DNA from: an uncultured Acidobacteriota bacterium
GTDB taxonomy: Bacteria; Acidobacteriota; Thermoanaerobaculia; Multivoradales; UBA5704
Assembly: GCA_963770895.1 (NCBI GenBank)
Contig: CAVYRF010000002.1
Coordinates: forward strand, 1,152,001-1,216,000
Length of the DNA: 64,000 nucleotides
Reading direction: 5' to 3'
The notes under the pieces are model-generated. The model was not told the DNA's origin. It saw only the letters and a list, made by a program, of their open reading frames with translations, and searched no databases. Made by a program: the position numbers and the translations under genes. Position 1 is the first letter of the stretch, and the number at the start of each line of letters is the position of its first letter. Positions 1-10,268 of this stretch are shown piece after piece.

Positions 1-529
1 TCGAATCGAACATGTAGACGCCGACCAGGGCCAGGTTGCTCTGCGGTTCGGCCGGCTTTTCGACCAGCCGCCGCACGCGGCCGTCGGAGGTCAGCTCGGC
101 GACGCCGAACTGGCGCGGATTGGACACCTCGGCCAGCAGGATCTCGGAGTTGCAACCCAGCCGGCGGAACTCTTCGACCAGGCTGGTGATGCCGCCGGCG
201 ATCAGGTTGTCGCCCAGGTACATGACGAAGGGCGTCCCGGCCAGGAACTCTTCGGCGATCAGCACGGCGTGCGCCAGGCCGCGCGGCGCGTCCTGCTCGA
301 TGTAGGCGATGGTGGCGCCGAAGCGGCTGCCGTCGCCGACCGCGGCCCGGATCTCGCTGCCGGTGTCGCCGACGATGATGCCGATGTCGCGGATGCCGGC
401 GGCGACGATCGATTCGATGGCGTAAAACAGCACCGGCTTGTTGGCCACCGGCACCAGCTGCTTGGCCGACGTGTAGGTGAGCGGGCGCAACCGCGTGCCC
501 TTGCCCCCCGAGAGGATCAGACCTTTCAT
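1..529 (-). CDS. Glucose-1-phosphate thymidylyltransferase (nucleotidyltransferase), 3' end outside the window
   Basis: Not in the ORF track; translated by hand from ATG at 529: [32 protein letters not shown]...[11 protein letters not shown]...YLGDN...LVEKP, the NTP-transferase signature. Confidence 0.9.
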   Translation of the reverse strand, partial: MKGLILSGGKGTRLRPLTYTSAKQLVPVANKPVLFYAIESIVAAGIRDIGIIVGDTGSEIRAAVGDGSRFGATIAYIEQDAPRGLAHAVLIAEEFLAGTPFVMYLGDNLIAGGITSLVEEFRRLGCNSEILLAEVSNPRQFGVAELTSDGRVRRLVEKPAEPQSNLALVGVYMFDS

Positions 530-620
530 GAATGGAATCTCCCGCCGCTCTTCCCTCGGCAAGACGAGCGCCTTGCCCCGGCGCGGCGGCAAAGGCGGCT
601 GGCCGGCCGCGCGTTGGACG

Positions 621-3395
621 TCAAGGCGCAGTCTGGGTGCTGCGGCTGTTGAGATCGAGGATCGGCCCGATGTTCTTCAAGGTGATCGAGAACCGGATGT
701 CGGTGTCGCTCAGCCGCGGCCCGGTCAGCGCTTCGAACTTGCGGAACTCCAGCCGCAGGCCGTAGCACTGCTCCGCCCAGTTGAGGGCGTAGTACTGCTG
801 CCCGATGACGTGGTTGTAAAAGTCCCAGCCGACCTGCGCCTGGATCGAAAGCTTTTTGGGAATGACGTTGAGCGAGGTGTTGACGCGCACCTGGTCGCTG
901 GTCGTGGCGCCGGTATCGGGCAGATAGTTGGTATACCAGGTGAGGCCCACGGTCTGATTGTCGGAGAGCGTCACGTCGCTCGACAGCGAGGTGGCGCTGA
1001 CGTCGTGGAACATGCCGCTGTACTGCACCTCCGCCTGGAGGCTGGTGGTCTGTGTCGGGTTGAAGTGCAGCAGGAAGTTGTAAGGCCCCGAGCTGGAGCT
1101 CTTGGTTTCGGTGTCGTTGAATTCAAGCGGCACCATGGGATTGAAGCTGAACGCACGCGACACTTCGAACAGCATGATTTCGCGCGCGCTGGCGTCTTCT
1201 TCGTCGCCCTTGGCGAGCAGGCGGTTGTCGAGCGCCACGTTGACGTTGTTGGTGGTCAGCGGCGCGTCGATGTCGTCGAACTGCGGCAGCAGCTCCTGAC
1301 GGTGGGGGTTGAAATCGCCGTAATAGGTGTAGGTGATGCGCGGCTCGATGACGTGCTTGAACTTGGTGAAGTCGGCGATCTCTTTTTCCAGGATCTTGGA
1401 GAACGACGGGCCGACCACCTCCGCCTCGCCGTAGGGCAGCAGGCGGCGCATGCCGTGGCCGTTGATCACCGTCTCCGCGGTGGTCGGCAGCGGCGTATCG
1501 GTCGACGTCGGCGACTGGTCGTCGATGGGGTTGACGGGCTCGGTCGAGATCGGCAGCAGGGTGCTGGGATTGAGCGTCTTGCTGTACCAGGTCAGCCGCT
1601 CGCCGCCGGTCATCGAGACGTTGAGCCAGGGGAATGCGTTCACCGGCAGGGTGACCTGCGGGAAGATGTCGGCGCGCCCGTAGCTGCCCGAGTACGCCCC
1701 CGGCTGGTTCATGTCCAGGAAATCCAGGAAGTTGTCCATCTGGACGTAGAACGGCGTGTCGCCGATCTTGGTCGAGCGCAGCTGGTACTCGACTTCGGGC
1801 AGCTTTTTCTGATCGCTGTCGCTCACGAAGTCGGTGCCGTTGTTGAACAGGATCTGCTGGTCGTTGAACAGGATGTTCAACATGCTGGGCCCCCACGAGC
1901 CGGTGATGAAGGCGCGGCTGGTGATGAAGCGCAGCGAGCTGACGTCGAAGTCGCGCTCGAAGTCGCGCAGGTAGTCGAAGTCCGAATACTTCTGGACCTG
2001 CACCACCAGGCGCATGCCGAAGGGAAGATCTTCGGTGTCGTGGTTGGCGTTGACCTTCCAGCGCAGCTTGCCCATGTCGGCCGGATCCTTGATCGCGAAG
2101 GCTTCGATGTCGCCCCAGGTGCCTTCGCTCGGCCGGTAGCGGAATTCGTTGCCCAGGCCCAGGTAGCCGCGGAAGTACGGCACGATGTGGAAGGTGTCGT
2201 CTTCGCTCTGGCCCAGCGTCTGGTAGTACCCCAGGATGAGGGCGGGGCCGCGCTTGCCCGACGATTCGATCGACGGCACCATGAACCCCGAGGCGCGGTC
2301 GCGCATCGCCGGATAGAGCAGCCACGGCGTGTACAGCAGCGGCACGTTCTTCGCCTTGAAAGTGACCTTGTGCATGTGGGCGTAGCCGCCGACGTCGATT
2401 TCGGCGCGCCCCATGTGGAAGCTCCAGTCGGGGGTCGGCTGGTCGCAGGCGGTGAACACGCCGTCCAGGACGGAGTAGGTGTCGTCGCCGGTCTTGTCGA
2501 TCTCCACGCCGCTGAAGTAGTAGTCGGGCGTCACGTAGGCGGTCGCCTCAAGCATCTGACCGGTCTTGGTGTCCAGGTCGAAGTTGAGGGTGGTGCCGGT
2601 CATGCGGCGCGGCCCCTGGTCCAGGATGACGTTGCCCTGGGCAACCGTCTCCTTGGTCTTGAGGTTGATCTCCACGTGGTCGGCGGAAAGGTCGATGTCC
2701 TGGTAGTGGATCTTCACCGCGCCGGTCAGCACCGCGTAGTCGTCGCGCTTGTAGTCGAAGGTCACGGCGCTGCCGGCGGCGACGCCGCCGTCCTCGAAGC
2801 GGACGTTGAAGTCCATGCGGTTGGGGCCCGCACCGGGCGGCGGCCCGTTCTTGTTGCGACGGCCGCCGGGCGCCACCGGAGCGCCGGTGGCCGGGTTGGT
2901 CTTGTCGCCAAAGCCGGGCGACGCGGTGGGCGTCGCCGACGGCACCGTTCCCACCGGCGACGGCCCCAGCGACCCCTGTGCCGGGGCGCCCACCGCGGTG
3001 CCCGGCGGCGACGCCGGATTGACCGCCGGCGCCGAAGCCGGAACGTTGCCGGTGTTGGGCGCCTGGGGCTGCGAGGTGGTCGACGGCAGCGCCTGCTGCA
3101 CCGTGGTCGACGGCGGGGTCTGGTCGGCGGTGGCCGGCGAGGCCTGGTCGGATGTGGTCGCCGGGGGCGCCGGGGGCGTCGGAGACGCCGCGTCCGGGTT
3201 GGTTGGAGTCGTCGCGGTGGCCGGCGGCGCGGCTTCCGGAGTACCGGGAGTCGCGGCGGCCGGCGGGGTCGCCTGGGCGGGTGCAGGCGTCGGGTCCGGG
3301 CTGGCGGCCTGCTGGCCCAGCACGGGCACGGCCAGCGACGCCGCCACACATACGGCAAGGGCCAGCCTGCATACGGTGCGGCGGAACGGGGACAT
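621..3395 (-). CDS. lptD: LPS-assembly outer-membrane protein LptD with long Pro/Ala/Thr-rich N-terminal linker
   Basis: Signal peptide [27 protein letters not shown]; OstA-like region ([21 protein letters not shown]); [11 protein letters not shown]; RASGFMVPS; beta-barrel-type C-terminus. Confidence 0.85.
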   Translation of the reverse strand: MSPFRRTVCRLALAVCVAASLAVPVLGQQAASPDPTPAPAQATPPAAATPGTPEAAPPATATTPTNPDAASPTPPAPPATTSDQASPATADQTPPSTTVQQALPSTTSQPQAPNTGNVPASAPAVNPASPPGTAVGAPAQGSLGPSPVGTVPSATPTASPGFGDKTNPATGAPVAPGGRRNKNGPPPGAGPNRMDFNVRFEDGGVAAGSAVTFDYKRDDYAVLTGAVKIHYQDIDLSADHVEINLKTKETVAQGNVILDQGPRRMTGTTLNFDLDTKTGQMLEATAYVTPDYYFSGVEIDKTGDDTYSVLDGVFTACDQPTPDWSFHMGRAEIDVGGYAHMHKVTFKAKNVPLLYTPWLLYPAMRDRASGFMVPSIESSGKRGPALILGYYQTLGQSEDDTFHIVPYFRGYLGLGNEFRYRPSEGTWGDIEAFAIKDPADMGKLRWKVNANHDTEDLPFGMRLVVQVQKYSDFDYLRDFERDFDVSSLRFITSRAFITGSWGPSMLNILFNDQQILFNNGTDFVSDSDQKKLPEVEYQLRSTKIGDTPFYVQMDNFLDFLDMNQPGAYSGSYGRADIFPQVTLPVNAFPWLNVSMTGGERLTWYSKTLNPSTLLPISTEPVNPIDDQSPTSTDTPLPTTAETVINGHGMRRLLPYGEAEVVGPSFSKILEKEIADFTKFKHVIEPRITYTYYGDFNPHRQELLPQFDDIDAPLTTNNVNVALDNRLLAKGDEEDASAREIMLFEVSRAFSFNPMVPLEFNDTETKSSSSGPYNFLLHFNPTQTTSLQAEVQYSGMFHDVSATSLSSDVTLSDNQTVGLTWYTNYLPDTGATTSDQVRVNTSLNVIPKKLSIQAQVGWDFYNHVIGQQYYALNWAEQCYGLRLEFRKFEALTGPRLSDTDIRFSITLKNIGPILDLNSRSTQTAP

Positions 3396-3403
3396 GAGGG
3401 GAC

Positions 3404-4585
3404 CTAGTTTATGCGCTCGATCACCATTGCGGTAGCCTCGCCGCCGCCGATGCAAATGGCAGCGCAGCCGTAGCGGCCGCCGGTGTCGCGCAAGGCGTGC
3501 AGCAAGGTGACCAGAATGCGCGCGCCCGAAGCGCCGATCGGGTGGCCCAGGGCCACCGCGCCGCCATGGATGTTGACCCGCTCCGGCGCCAGCTCCAGGT
3601 CGCGGATGAAGGCCATGGCGACGACGGCAAAGGCCTCGTTGACCTCCCAGAGGTCGATGTCCGCCGCCTGGAGGCCCGCCCGGCCGAGCACCGCGCGGGC
3701 GGCGCCCAGCGGAGCGGTGGTGAACCATTCGGGCTGCTGCGCCAGCGAGGCGTGGGCGACGATGCGGGCGAGCGGCTTGAGGCCCAGGGCCGCGGCGTGG
3801 GAGGCGGTGGTCAGCACCAGGGCCGCGGCGCCGTCGTTGATCTTGCTGGCGTTGGCGGCGGTCACCGTGCCGTCTTTCTGAAAGGCCGGCTTGAGCGACG
3901 CCATGCGGCTCAGATCCACCTTGAACGGCTCCTCGTCGCGGGCCACCGCCACCGAATCGCCCTTTTTCTGCGGCACCGGCACCGGCACGATCTCGGCGGC
4001 GAAGCTGCCGCCGTCGACGGCGGCGCGGGCGCGGGCGTAGCTGGCCAGCGCGAACTCATCCTGCTGCTCGCGCGAGAATTTGTATTCGCCGGCGCAGAGC
4101 TCGGCGCAGCTGCCCATATGGATATCTTTGTACGGGTCCCACAGCCCGTCCAGGATCATCGAATCCAGGAACTTGCCGTGCCCCAGGCGCAGGCCGTCGC
4201 GCACCCCGGCGGCCAGGTAGGGCGTCTGGCTCATGCTCTCCATGCCGCCGGCGGCGACCAGCTTGAAGTCGCCGCAGCGCAGATCGTTGGCGGCGATCAT
4301 CACCGCCCGCATGCCCGAGCCGCAGACCTTGTTGAGCGTGATGGCGCCGGTCGCCACCGGACAGCCGGCGCCCAGCGCCGCCTGGCGCGCCGGCGCCTGG
4401 CCCTGGCCGGCGGTGAGCACGCAACCCATGTTGACCTGCTCCACGGCCGCGGCATCCACCCCGGCGCGCTCGATGGCGGCGGCCAGGGCCCGCGCCCCCA
4501 GGGCATGAGCCGGGAGAGACGCCAGCGACCCCTGAAACACGCCGATCGGGGTGCGCACCGCGCTCACGATCACTACATCGTCCAT
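3404..4585 (-). CDS. Acetyl-CoA C-acetyltransferase (thiolase)
   Basis: VIVSAVRTPIG, NKVCGSG, NEAF, GHPIGASG and CIGGG motifs; AAGGAG RBS before ATG 4585. Confidence 0.95.
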   Translation of the reverse strand: MDDVVIVSAVRTPIGVFQGSLASLPAHALGARALAAAIERAGVDAAAVEQVNMGCVLTAGQGQAPARQAALGAGCPVATGAITLNKVCGSGMRAVMIAANDLRCGDFKLVAAGGMESMSQTPYLAAGVRDGLRLGHGKFLDSMILDGLWDPYKDIHMGSCAELCAGEYKFSREQQDEFALASYARARAAVDGGSFAAEIVPVPVPQKKGDSVAVARDEEPFKVDLSRMASLKPAFQKDGTVTAANASKINDGAAALVLTTASHAAALGLKPLARIVAHASLAQQPEWFTTAPLGAARAVLGRAGLQAADIDLWEVNEAFAVVAMAFIRDLELAPERVNIHGGAVALGHPIGASGARILVTLLHALRDTGGRYGCAAICIGGGEATAMVIERIN

Positions 4586-4730
4586 ACCATCTCCTTGGGG
4601 AGCCGTGTGCCGCGCCGCCATGCAGAATGGACCCGGCGGGCGGGCTGGCATGCTAACACAACGATGGGGCGCCCTCAGCCCCCGCCGGGGACGTCGCGCG
4701 AGCGGCAGAAAGTGCGGCAGAATGCGGCCG

Positions 4731-5315
4731 ATGAGCCACGCTGAAGAACCGCTCGCCGAAGGGACCGCAGAAGGGCTCGCGCGGGCGTTGGGGATCGACT
4801 TCGGCGAGAAGCGCATCGGCCTCGCCATCTCCGATCCCGACGGGCGCCTGGCGGTGCCGCTCGCGACCCTGACGCGGCGCAGCGACCGCGCCGCGGCGGC
4901 GGCGATCGCTCAGCTTGCCCGCAGCGAAGGCGTGCGGCGGCTGGTCCTGGGCGAACCGCTCTCGGCAGACGGCGTGCGCGGCCCCGCCGCCCAGCGCGTC
5001 CGCCGTTTCGGCGCCCGCCTGGCCGCCGCGGCCGGGCTGCCGCTCACCTACGTGGATGAGACCTTGACCAGCGTCGAAGCCGCCGCGCGCCTGCGCGCCG
5101 CCGGCGTCGATCTGCGCCGCCAGCCCGAACGCATCGACGCCGCCGCGGCGCAAATCCTGCTGCAGGAAGACCTCGACCGCGCCGCGGCCGCGCCACGCAC
5201 GGCGGCTACGCCGGCGGTCGCGCCGGACACTGTGGCAGCCGTGGGAACCGCACCGGGCACCGCGGCAATGCCGCCGGCCGCGCCGGGCGACGGCGAAGGC
5301 GGCGCGGCGGACTGA
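4731..5315 (+). CDS. ruvX: YqgF/RuvX family nuclease (pre-16S rRNA nuclease / putative Holliday junction resolvase)
   Basis: ALGIDFGEKRIGLAISD, VDETLTS, IDAAAAQILLQ; adjacent to mltG. Confidence 0.9.
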   Translation: MSHAEEPLAEGTAEGLARALGIDFGEKRIGLAISDPDGRLAVPLATLTRRSDRAAAAAIAQLARSEGVRRLVLGEPLSADGVRGPAAQRVRRFGARLAAAAGLPLTYVDETLTSVEAAARLRAAGVDLRRQPERIDAAAAQILLQEDLDRAAAAPRTAATPAVAPDTVAAVGTAPGTAAMPPAAPGDGEGGAAD

Positions 5316-5317
5316 CC

Positions 5318-6544
5318 ATGGCCGGCCGAAGCGATCGCCAGACCGCGGCCCGTACCGGAAGCCGAGCCGGGAGCGCCGCACCGCCGCCGAAGCCGCCGGC
5401 GGCGCCCGGGCGCGAGCCGCGGCGGCGCGGCAGCAGCCGCGGGGCGCGCCGCCGGCGGTTTGGCTGCGCCGTCACGGTGCTGCTGCTGCTGGCCGCCGCC
5501 GGCGCGGTCGCCGGCGGGTGGTGGCTGCTGCAGCCGTACCAGGGCTACCAGGGCGCCGAAAAGCTGGTCGACATCGCGCCCGGCACCGGCGCCGCGCGCA
5601 TCCTGGCGCAGCTGCAGGACCAGGGGGTGCTGTGGAACGCCACGGCCGCCCGCGCCTACCTGGTCTACGTGCTGAAGAACCCGCCGCTGCAAGCCGGCGA
5701 ATACCGCTTCGCCGGGCCGGCCGCCTTCCCGGAGGTGCTGCGCAAGCTGATCCGCGGCGACGTGATCTCGCTCTCGGTCACCGTCGTCGAGGGCTTCAGC
5801 CTGGAGGAGATCGCGGACCAGCTGGTGCGGGCCGGCGCCGGGCGGCGCGAAGTCTTTCTGGCCGAGATGCGCAAGCCGGCGGCGATCGCCGACCTGGACC
5901 CCGCCGCCAGGGACCTGGAAGGCTATCTGTTCCCCGAAACCTATCGTTTCCACCTGGGCGCCCACGAATCCGAGATCGTCGCCACCCTGGTCAAGACCTT
6001 CCGCACCCGTTTCGAGCGCAACGTGCGGCCGCTGATGGCCGGCCACACCGCCTCGGTGCGTGAAGTGGTGACCCTGGCCAGCATCGTCGAAAAAGAAGCG
6101 CGGGCCCCCGGCGAGCGCCCGGTCATCGCCGGCGTCTACCAGAACCGCCTGACGCGGCGCATGGGCCTGGACGCCGATCCGACGGTGATCTACGCCCTGC
6201 GCAGCCTCGGCCGCTGGGACGGCACCATCCATCACGACGACCTGCGCGTCGATTCGCCCTACAACACCTACCGCTTTGCCGGCCTGCCGCCGGGGCCGAT
6301 CTGCTCGCCCGGCCTGCCCAGCCTGGAGGCGGCTGCAAACCCGGCCAACGTCCCCTATCTGTACTTCGTCAGCCGCAACGACGGCACCCACGTCTTCGCC
6401 ACCTCGCTGGCAGAGCAGAACCGCAACGTCGAGATCTGGCAGCGCCGCTACTGGCGGGAGCGGCGTCAGCAGCAGCGCGAAGCCGCCGGCGCAGCCGGTG
6501 CCCCCAGCACGGCACCGCCGCCGGGGCGCTTCAACCGTCGATAG
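5318..6544 (+). CDS. mltG: Endolytic transglycosylase MltG
   Basis: N-terminal TM; LEGYLFPETY, LASIVEKEA, DADPTVIY, SPYNTY...GLPPGPI. Confidence 0.93.
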   Translation: MAGRSDRQTAARTGSRAGSAAPPPKPPAAPGREPRRRGSSRGARRRRFGCAVTVLLLLAAAGAVAGGWWLLQPYQGYQGAEKLVDIAPGTGAARILAQLQDQGVLWNATAARAYLVYVLKNPPLQAGEYRFAGPAAFPEVLRKLIRGDVISLSVTVVEGFSLEEIADQLVRAGAGRREVFLAEMRKPAAIADLDPAARDLEGYLFPETYRFHLGAHESEIVATLVKTFRTRFERNVRPLMAGHTASVREVVTLASIVEKEARAPGERPVIAGVYQNRLTRRMGLDADPTVIYALRSLGRWDGTIHHDDLRVDSPYNTYRFAGLPPGPICSPGLPSLEAAANPANVPYLYFVSRNDGTHVFATSLAEQNRNVEIWQRRYWRERRQQQREAAGAAGAPSTAPPPGRFNRR

Positions 6545-7829
6545 CGTTCGCCAGCCGCCACAACGACACCCGGTTGTTGCCCGAATCGGCCACCGCCAGA
6601 ACGCCGTCGCGCGCTGCCACCGCGTAGGGCCAGCACAGGCTGTCGCGCACCGCCGGCGCCCAGCGGTTCTCCCCTTTGGCGGAAAAGTCCTGCTGGCCGG
6701 CCAGCGCTTGGGCGGCCGCTCCGTCGCAGACACCACTTTGGACCGCCGGTCCGCCGCCGGCGCCCCCTTCCGCGGAAGCGGCCAGGCTGGCGGTGCGCCA
6801 GGCGGACAGGCGGGAGTTGCCGGTGTCGGCGACGACCAGCCAGTCGCCCGCGGCGGCGATCCCATACGGCATGTTGAGGGTGGACGCATCGGGCCAGACG
6901 CGGCCGCGGTTGTGGTCCAGCCCGGCGCAGTCCGCCTGGCCCAGAATCAGGTCCGGCGGCGAGGCGCTGCTACCGGGCCAGCGGTGCCACAGCAGGATGC
7001 GGCTGTTGCCGGCATCGGCGACCTGCAGGCCGCCGCCGGCGCCGGCCGCGGCGTGGGGCCAGCGCATGGCGAGCGGCCCGACGGCGCCGCCGGCATTCTC
7101 GTCCCGGCGCTGGAAGTCCGGCTGCCCCAGGACCAGGTCCGCCGGGCACCCGTTGGCGACCGGCACGCGGTCCCACACCAGCAGCCGCCGGTTGCCGGTG
7201 TCTGCGACCACCAGCCGCCCACCGGCAAGGGTCACGCCGTAGCACCAATTGAGCGTCTCGGCGCCGGCCGTGGAGCGGCCGCGATTGGCGGCGCCGCCGG
7301 TGAAGTCGGCCTGCCCCAGAACCACGTCCGCCGGGGTGTTCGAGCGCTCCGGCAGACCATGCCAGATGAGCACGCGGTGGTTCCACGCATCCGCCACCAC
7401 CAGCAGGTCGCGCTCGATCGCCACGCTGGTGGGCATGTACAGGCTGGCCGGTCCGGGCGGCCCCTTGGCATTGGCGCCCTCGCTGGCAAAATCAGGCTGG
7501 CCGATCACCAGGTCGGCCGGCGCCTGGTCGCGGTCCGGCACGGCGCGCCACAGCAGCAGCCTGTGATGGCCCGTATCGCACACCGCGAGCGGCCCCAGCC
7601 CCGGCCCCAAGGCCACACCGCGCGGACCAAACAGCGTGTCGGCCCGCACCGCCAGCGGCACGACGCCGCCACCGGCCGCCGCATCGACCCCAGCCGCGGT
7701 GCCGGCGCCGGCGGAGCCATCGGAGCCGCCGCCCACCAGCCGGAAAGGCCCCCCCGGATCCAGGAAACCTGCCGCGGCCGGCGCCGGACCGGGGTCGGCG
7801 CCACGCGGCTGCCGCAGCGAAACCTTCAT
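6531..7829 (-). CDS. NHL-repeat beta-propeller protein, hydrogenase-cluster accessory
   Basis: Repeated VADxGNxRxLxW / PADxVLGQxDF units; last gene of the hydrogenase accessory operon. Confidence 0.85.
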   Translation of the reverse strand: MKVSLRQPRGADPGPAPAAAGFLDPGGPFRLVGGGSDGSAGAGTAAGVDAAAGGGVVPLAVRADTLFGPRGVALGPGLGPLAVCDTGHHRLLLWRAVPDRDQAPADLVIGQPDFASEGANAKGPPGPASLYMPTSVAIERDLLVVADAWNHRVLIWHGLPERSNTPADVVLGQADFTGGAANRGRSTAGAETLNWCYGVTLAGGRLVVADTGNRRLLVWDRVPVANGCPADLVLGQPDFQRRDENAGGAVGPLAMRWPHAAAGAGGGLQVADAGNSRILLWHRWPGSSASPPDLILGQADCAGLDHNRGRVWPDASTLNMPYGIAAAGDWLVVADTGNSRLSAWRTASLAASAEGGAGGGPAVQSGVCDGAAAQALAGQQDFSAKGENRWAPAVRDSLCWPYAVAARDGVLAVADSGNNRVSLWRLANAIDG

Positions 7830-7866
7830 TTGCAACCTGCCAGGCGACAGCCCCGGCGGCCGGCCA

Positions 7867-8793
7867 TCATCGGCTGAGCCGGATCTCTACCCGGTCGTCG
7901 ACCAGGCGCACGGCGTGCTGCTCGAGCTGCACCTTGGGTGCGGTGAGGCACTCTCCGGACGCCAGCAGGTATTGAAAACCATGATGGAGGCAGGTGATCA
8001 CGCCGTCCGCGATCTCCCCGTCGTCGATCGGCAGGCCGAGATGGGCGCAGGCGTTGGTGAAGCAGGAGATGGCCTCCGCGGTGCGCGACAGCAGCAGGTC
8101 CCGCCCGCCGATCTCTCGCCGCAGCACGCCGCCCAGCGGGATCTCCGCGAGGCTGGCGGCCGGCAGCCAGCCCGCCTGGACGCCCGGGGCGTCGGCGCCC
8201 AGAGCGAAGGGGCTGCGGAAGTGCACCTTGCCCCGCTCCGCGGCCGGCGACGCTGCCGCGTCCGGTTGCGCCGCCGGCGCGGCGGCCAGGCCGCGCACTT
8301 CGACGACGCGCTGGATCTCGGGACAGGCGTCCTGGATGGCGCGCTTGACGCCGGCGACGAAGGTCAATTGCGAGGCGGCGCAGCCGTCGCAGGCGCCGGT
8401 GAAGCGCACCTCCACCGTACTGGGCGGCACCAGGCGCACCAGCTCGACGTCGCCGCCGTGGGACGCGAGCATCGGCCGCACGGATTGCAGCGCCGTGTCG
8501 ACTTTTTCCTGCAGGCTGGGCTTGACCAGGCCGAGGTGGCGGAGCACGCCGTAGACCACCTCATCGCCAAGCGCGTCCTTGAGCAAGGCCACCGCGCCGG
8601 CGTCCTGCTTGAGCCCCGCGATCAGCCGCCGGATGGCCTCGCGGTGCAGATCTTCGAGGGCGGTGCGGTAGGCCCGCGTGGCACCCTGGCGATCCGTATC
8701 CCAGGTTGCGAACAGCACTTCCAGCGCCTCGACGTCGCGCACCAGGCTGGCGAGCGTCGGCGCGGGTTGGGCGGGAAGCGGTGCGGCGGTCAT
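7867..8793 (-). CDS. NifU-C-like + Rieske [2Fe-2S] domain protein (HucE-like hydrogenase accessory)
   Basis: NifU: VRPMLASHGGDVEL...GACDGC; Rieske: CAHLG...CLHHG. Confidence 0.88.
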   Translation of the reverse strand: MTAAPLPAQPAPTLASLVRDVEALEVLFATWDTDRQGATRAYRTALEDLHREAIRRLIAGLKQDAGAVALLKDALGDEVVYGVLRHLGLVKPSLQEKVDTALQSVRPMLASHGGDVELVRLVPPSTVEVRFTGACDGCAASQLTFVAGVKRAIQDACPEIQRVVEVRGLAAAPAAQPDAAASPAAERGKVHFRSPFALGADAPGVQAGWLPAASLAEIPLGGVLRREIGGRDLLLSRTAEAISCFTNACAHLGLPIDDGEIADGVITCLHHGFQYLLASGECLTAPKVQLEQHAVRLVDDRVEIRLSR

Positions 8794-8803
8794 ACCCAAA
8801 AAC

Positions 8804-9028
8804 CTAGCGGTATTTCAGATCCTTGAACAGGAAGGGTTGCAGCGCACCGCCGGCGACGCCCGCCAGACCGGCGGCCAGCGGGATCGGCAACCCGGCCCAT
8901 ACCAGCCCCAGCGCGATCACGGCGGCGACCGCCGCCCCCAGCGCGCTCTGCCGCGCCACGGCGCCGGGGTCCTGGAACAGCTTGCCGGCGAAGAACAGCC
9001 GGACCGAAGCGACCACCATTTCCCACAT
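8804..9028 (-). CDS. Small membrane protein (74 aa), hydrogenase-associated hypothetical
   Basis: MWEMVVASVRLFFAGKLFQDP...QPFLFKDLKYR; two hydrophobic helices; tightly packed in the operon. Confidence 0.7.
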   Translation of the reverse strand: MWEMVVASVRLFFAGKLFQDPGAVARQSALGAAVAAVIALGLVWAGLPIPLAAGLAGVAGGALQPFLFKDLKYR

Positions 9029-9030
9029 CG

Positions 9031-9240
9031 CTAGCCTTTCACGACCGCCCACAAGGCGAGCGCGCCAAGCGCCGCCAGCGCTCCCACGAAGCCGCCGATG
9101 GGGCCGAAAAAGGCGCCCATCGTCGCCGCCAGACCGCCGCCCAGCGCCTTGCGCCCCACCAGCAGGCCGCCCAGCGCGCCGCCGGCAAACGAGCCCACCA
9201 GCGCGCACAGGGCGGCGAGCAACGCCTGTCCCCACGTCAT
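9031..9240 (-). CDS. Small Gly-rich membrane protein (69 aa), hydrogenase-associated hypothetical
   Basis: MTWGQALLAALCALVGSFAGGALGG...MGAFFGPIGG; ATGA overlap with the upstream TPR gene. Confidence 0.7.
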   Translation of the reverse strand: MTWGQALLAALCALVGSFAGGALGGLLVGRKALGGGLAATMGAFFGPIGGFVGALAALGALALWAVVKG

Positions 9241-10256
9241 GCGTCCGCCTCCTGAACGGTGACAGCCGGGGGCTGGGCGCTCAGCTCCGCGGCAACGGCG
9301 GCCAGCACTTCGCGCACCGACTGTGCCTTGGCCGTTTCGCCGTGCTGGTCGAAGATGGCCACCGCTTCGCCGAACAGCTCCTGCGCCCGCAGCAGGTTGG
9401 CGCGGCAGCCCGCATTGGGATCTTCCAGGTCGTCCGGCAGCCCCCACAGGCAGTTGGCCTGGTTGGCGACGGTGTTGGCGTACTCCAGCGGCATGTCGCG
9501 GCGGGTGCGCACGCGCAGGGCTTCGTCGTATGCGGCAAGAGCCCGCACACGGTTTTCCAGCGCGTGGGCGGAGCCCACCGATTGCAGGGCATTGCCCAGG
9601 TTGTTTTGCAACATGGCGTATTCGGCGGGATGATCGATCAGATTGATGCCGCGCAGACCTTCCTCGAACGAGCTGACCGCCAGGGCCTCGCTCATCTTGG
9701 AACCGCTGCCGCCGGGCGCGACCGCGAGAAACGCGGTGGCGAGGTTGTTGTGCAGGATGGCATATTCGCGCGGGAACCGCTGGCGATCGAACACGCGCAG
9801 CGCCTGCTGGTAGGCGGCGATCGCATCCTGCAGCCTGGCGCGGCCGACGCCGGCCAGGGCCTGCAGCACCAGGCCGCGGTTCATTTCAAGCTCGGCGGTC
9901 TCTTCGGGTGCGCCCAGCGCCGCGAGCACCGGCGACGCTTCGACCAGCGCCGCGAGCGCGGATTCCAGCGGCGCGCTGCCGCCCTCGGGCAGCGTGCGCA
10001 GGGCGGTTGCCATGCGCGCCAGCGTGCGCGCGCGCAGCAACGGCTGGGTGTCCGGGCAGATGGCCAGCGCCTGGCGGTACAGCGCCACCGCCCCCTCGAT
10101 CTGCGCCGCGGTGCGCGGCCGCTTCTGCACGCCCATGGCGATCTCGACCAGCATCTCGGTCTTTTCAACCGCCGTGGCGGCCGAGCTTTCGACCGTGGCC
10201 AACGCCACTTCCACTTCGGTTTCGAAGCGGTCTTCGGTTGCGCGCGGAATCAACAC
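9237..10256 (-). CDS. TPR-like helical repeat protein, hydrogenase accessory
   Basis: Repeats AIAAYQQALRVF / YAILHNNLATA / YAMLQNNLGNAL. Confidence 0.8.
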   Translation of the reverse strand: MLIPRATEDRFETEVEVALATVESSAATAVEKTEMLVEIAMGVQKRPRTAAQIEGAVALYRQALAICPDTQPLLRARTLARMATALRTLPEGGSAPLESALAALVEASPVLAALGAPEETAELEMNRGLVLQALAGVGRARLQDAIAAYQQALRVFDRQRFPREYAILHNNLATAFLAVAPGGSGSKMSEALAVSSFEEGLRGINLIDHPAEYAMLQNNLGNALQSVGSAHALENRVRALAAYDEALRVRTRRDMPLEYANTVANQANCLWGLPDDLEDPNAGCRANLLRAQELFGEAVAIFDQHGETAKAQSVREVLAAVAAELSAQPPAVTVQEADA

Positions 10257-10268
10257 TTTAGCCAGACG

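Noticed and set aside
477-3407. 976-aa plus-strand ORF and many similar long ORFs (8823-11192, 16549-19224, 35460-38522, 42769-45303)
   Set aside because: Antisense or off-frame shadows of motif-bearing genes; stop codons are rare at this GC content and the translations have no recognisable motifs
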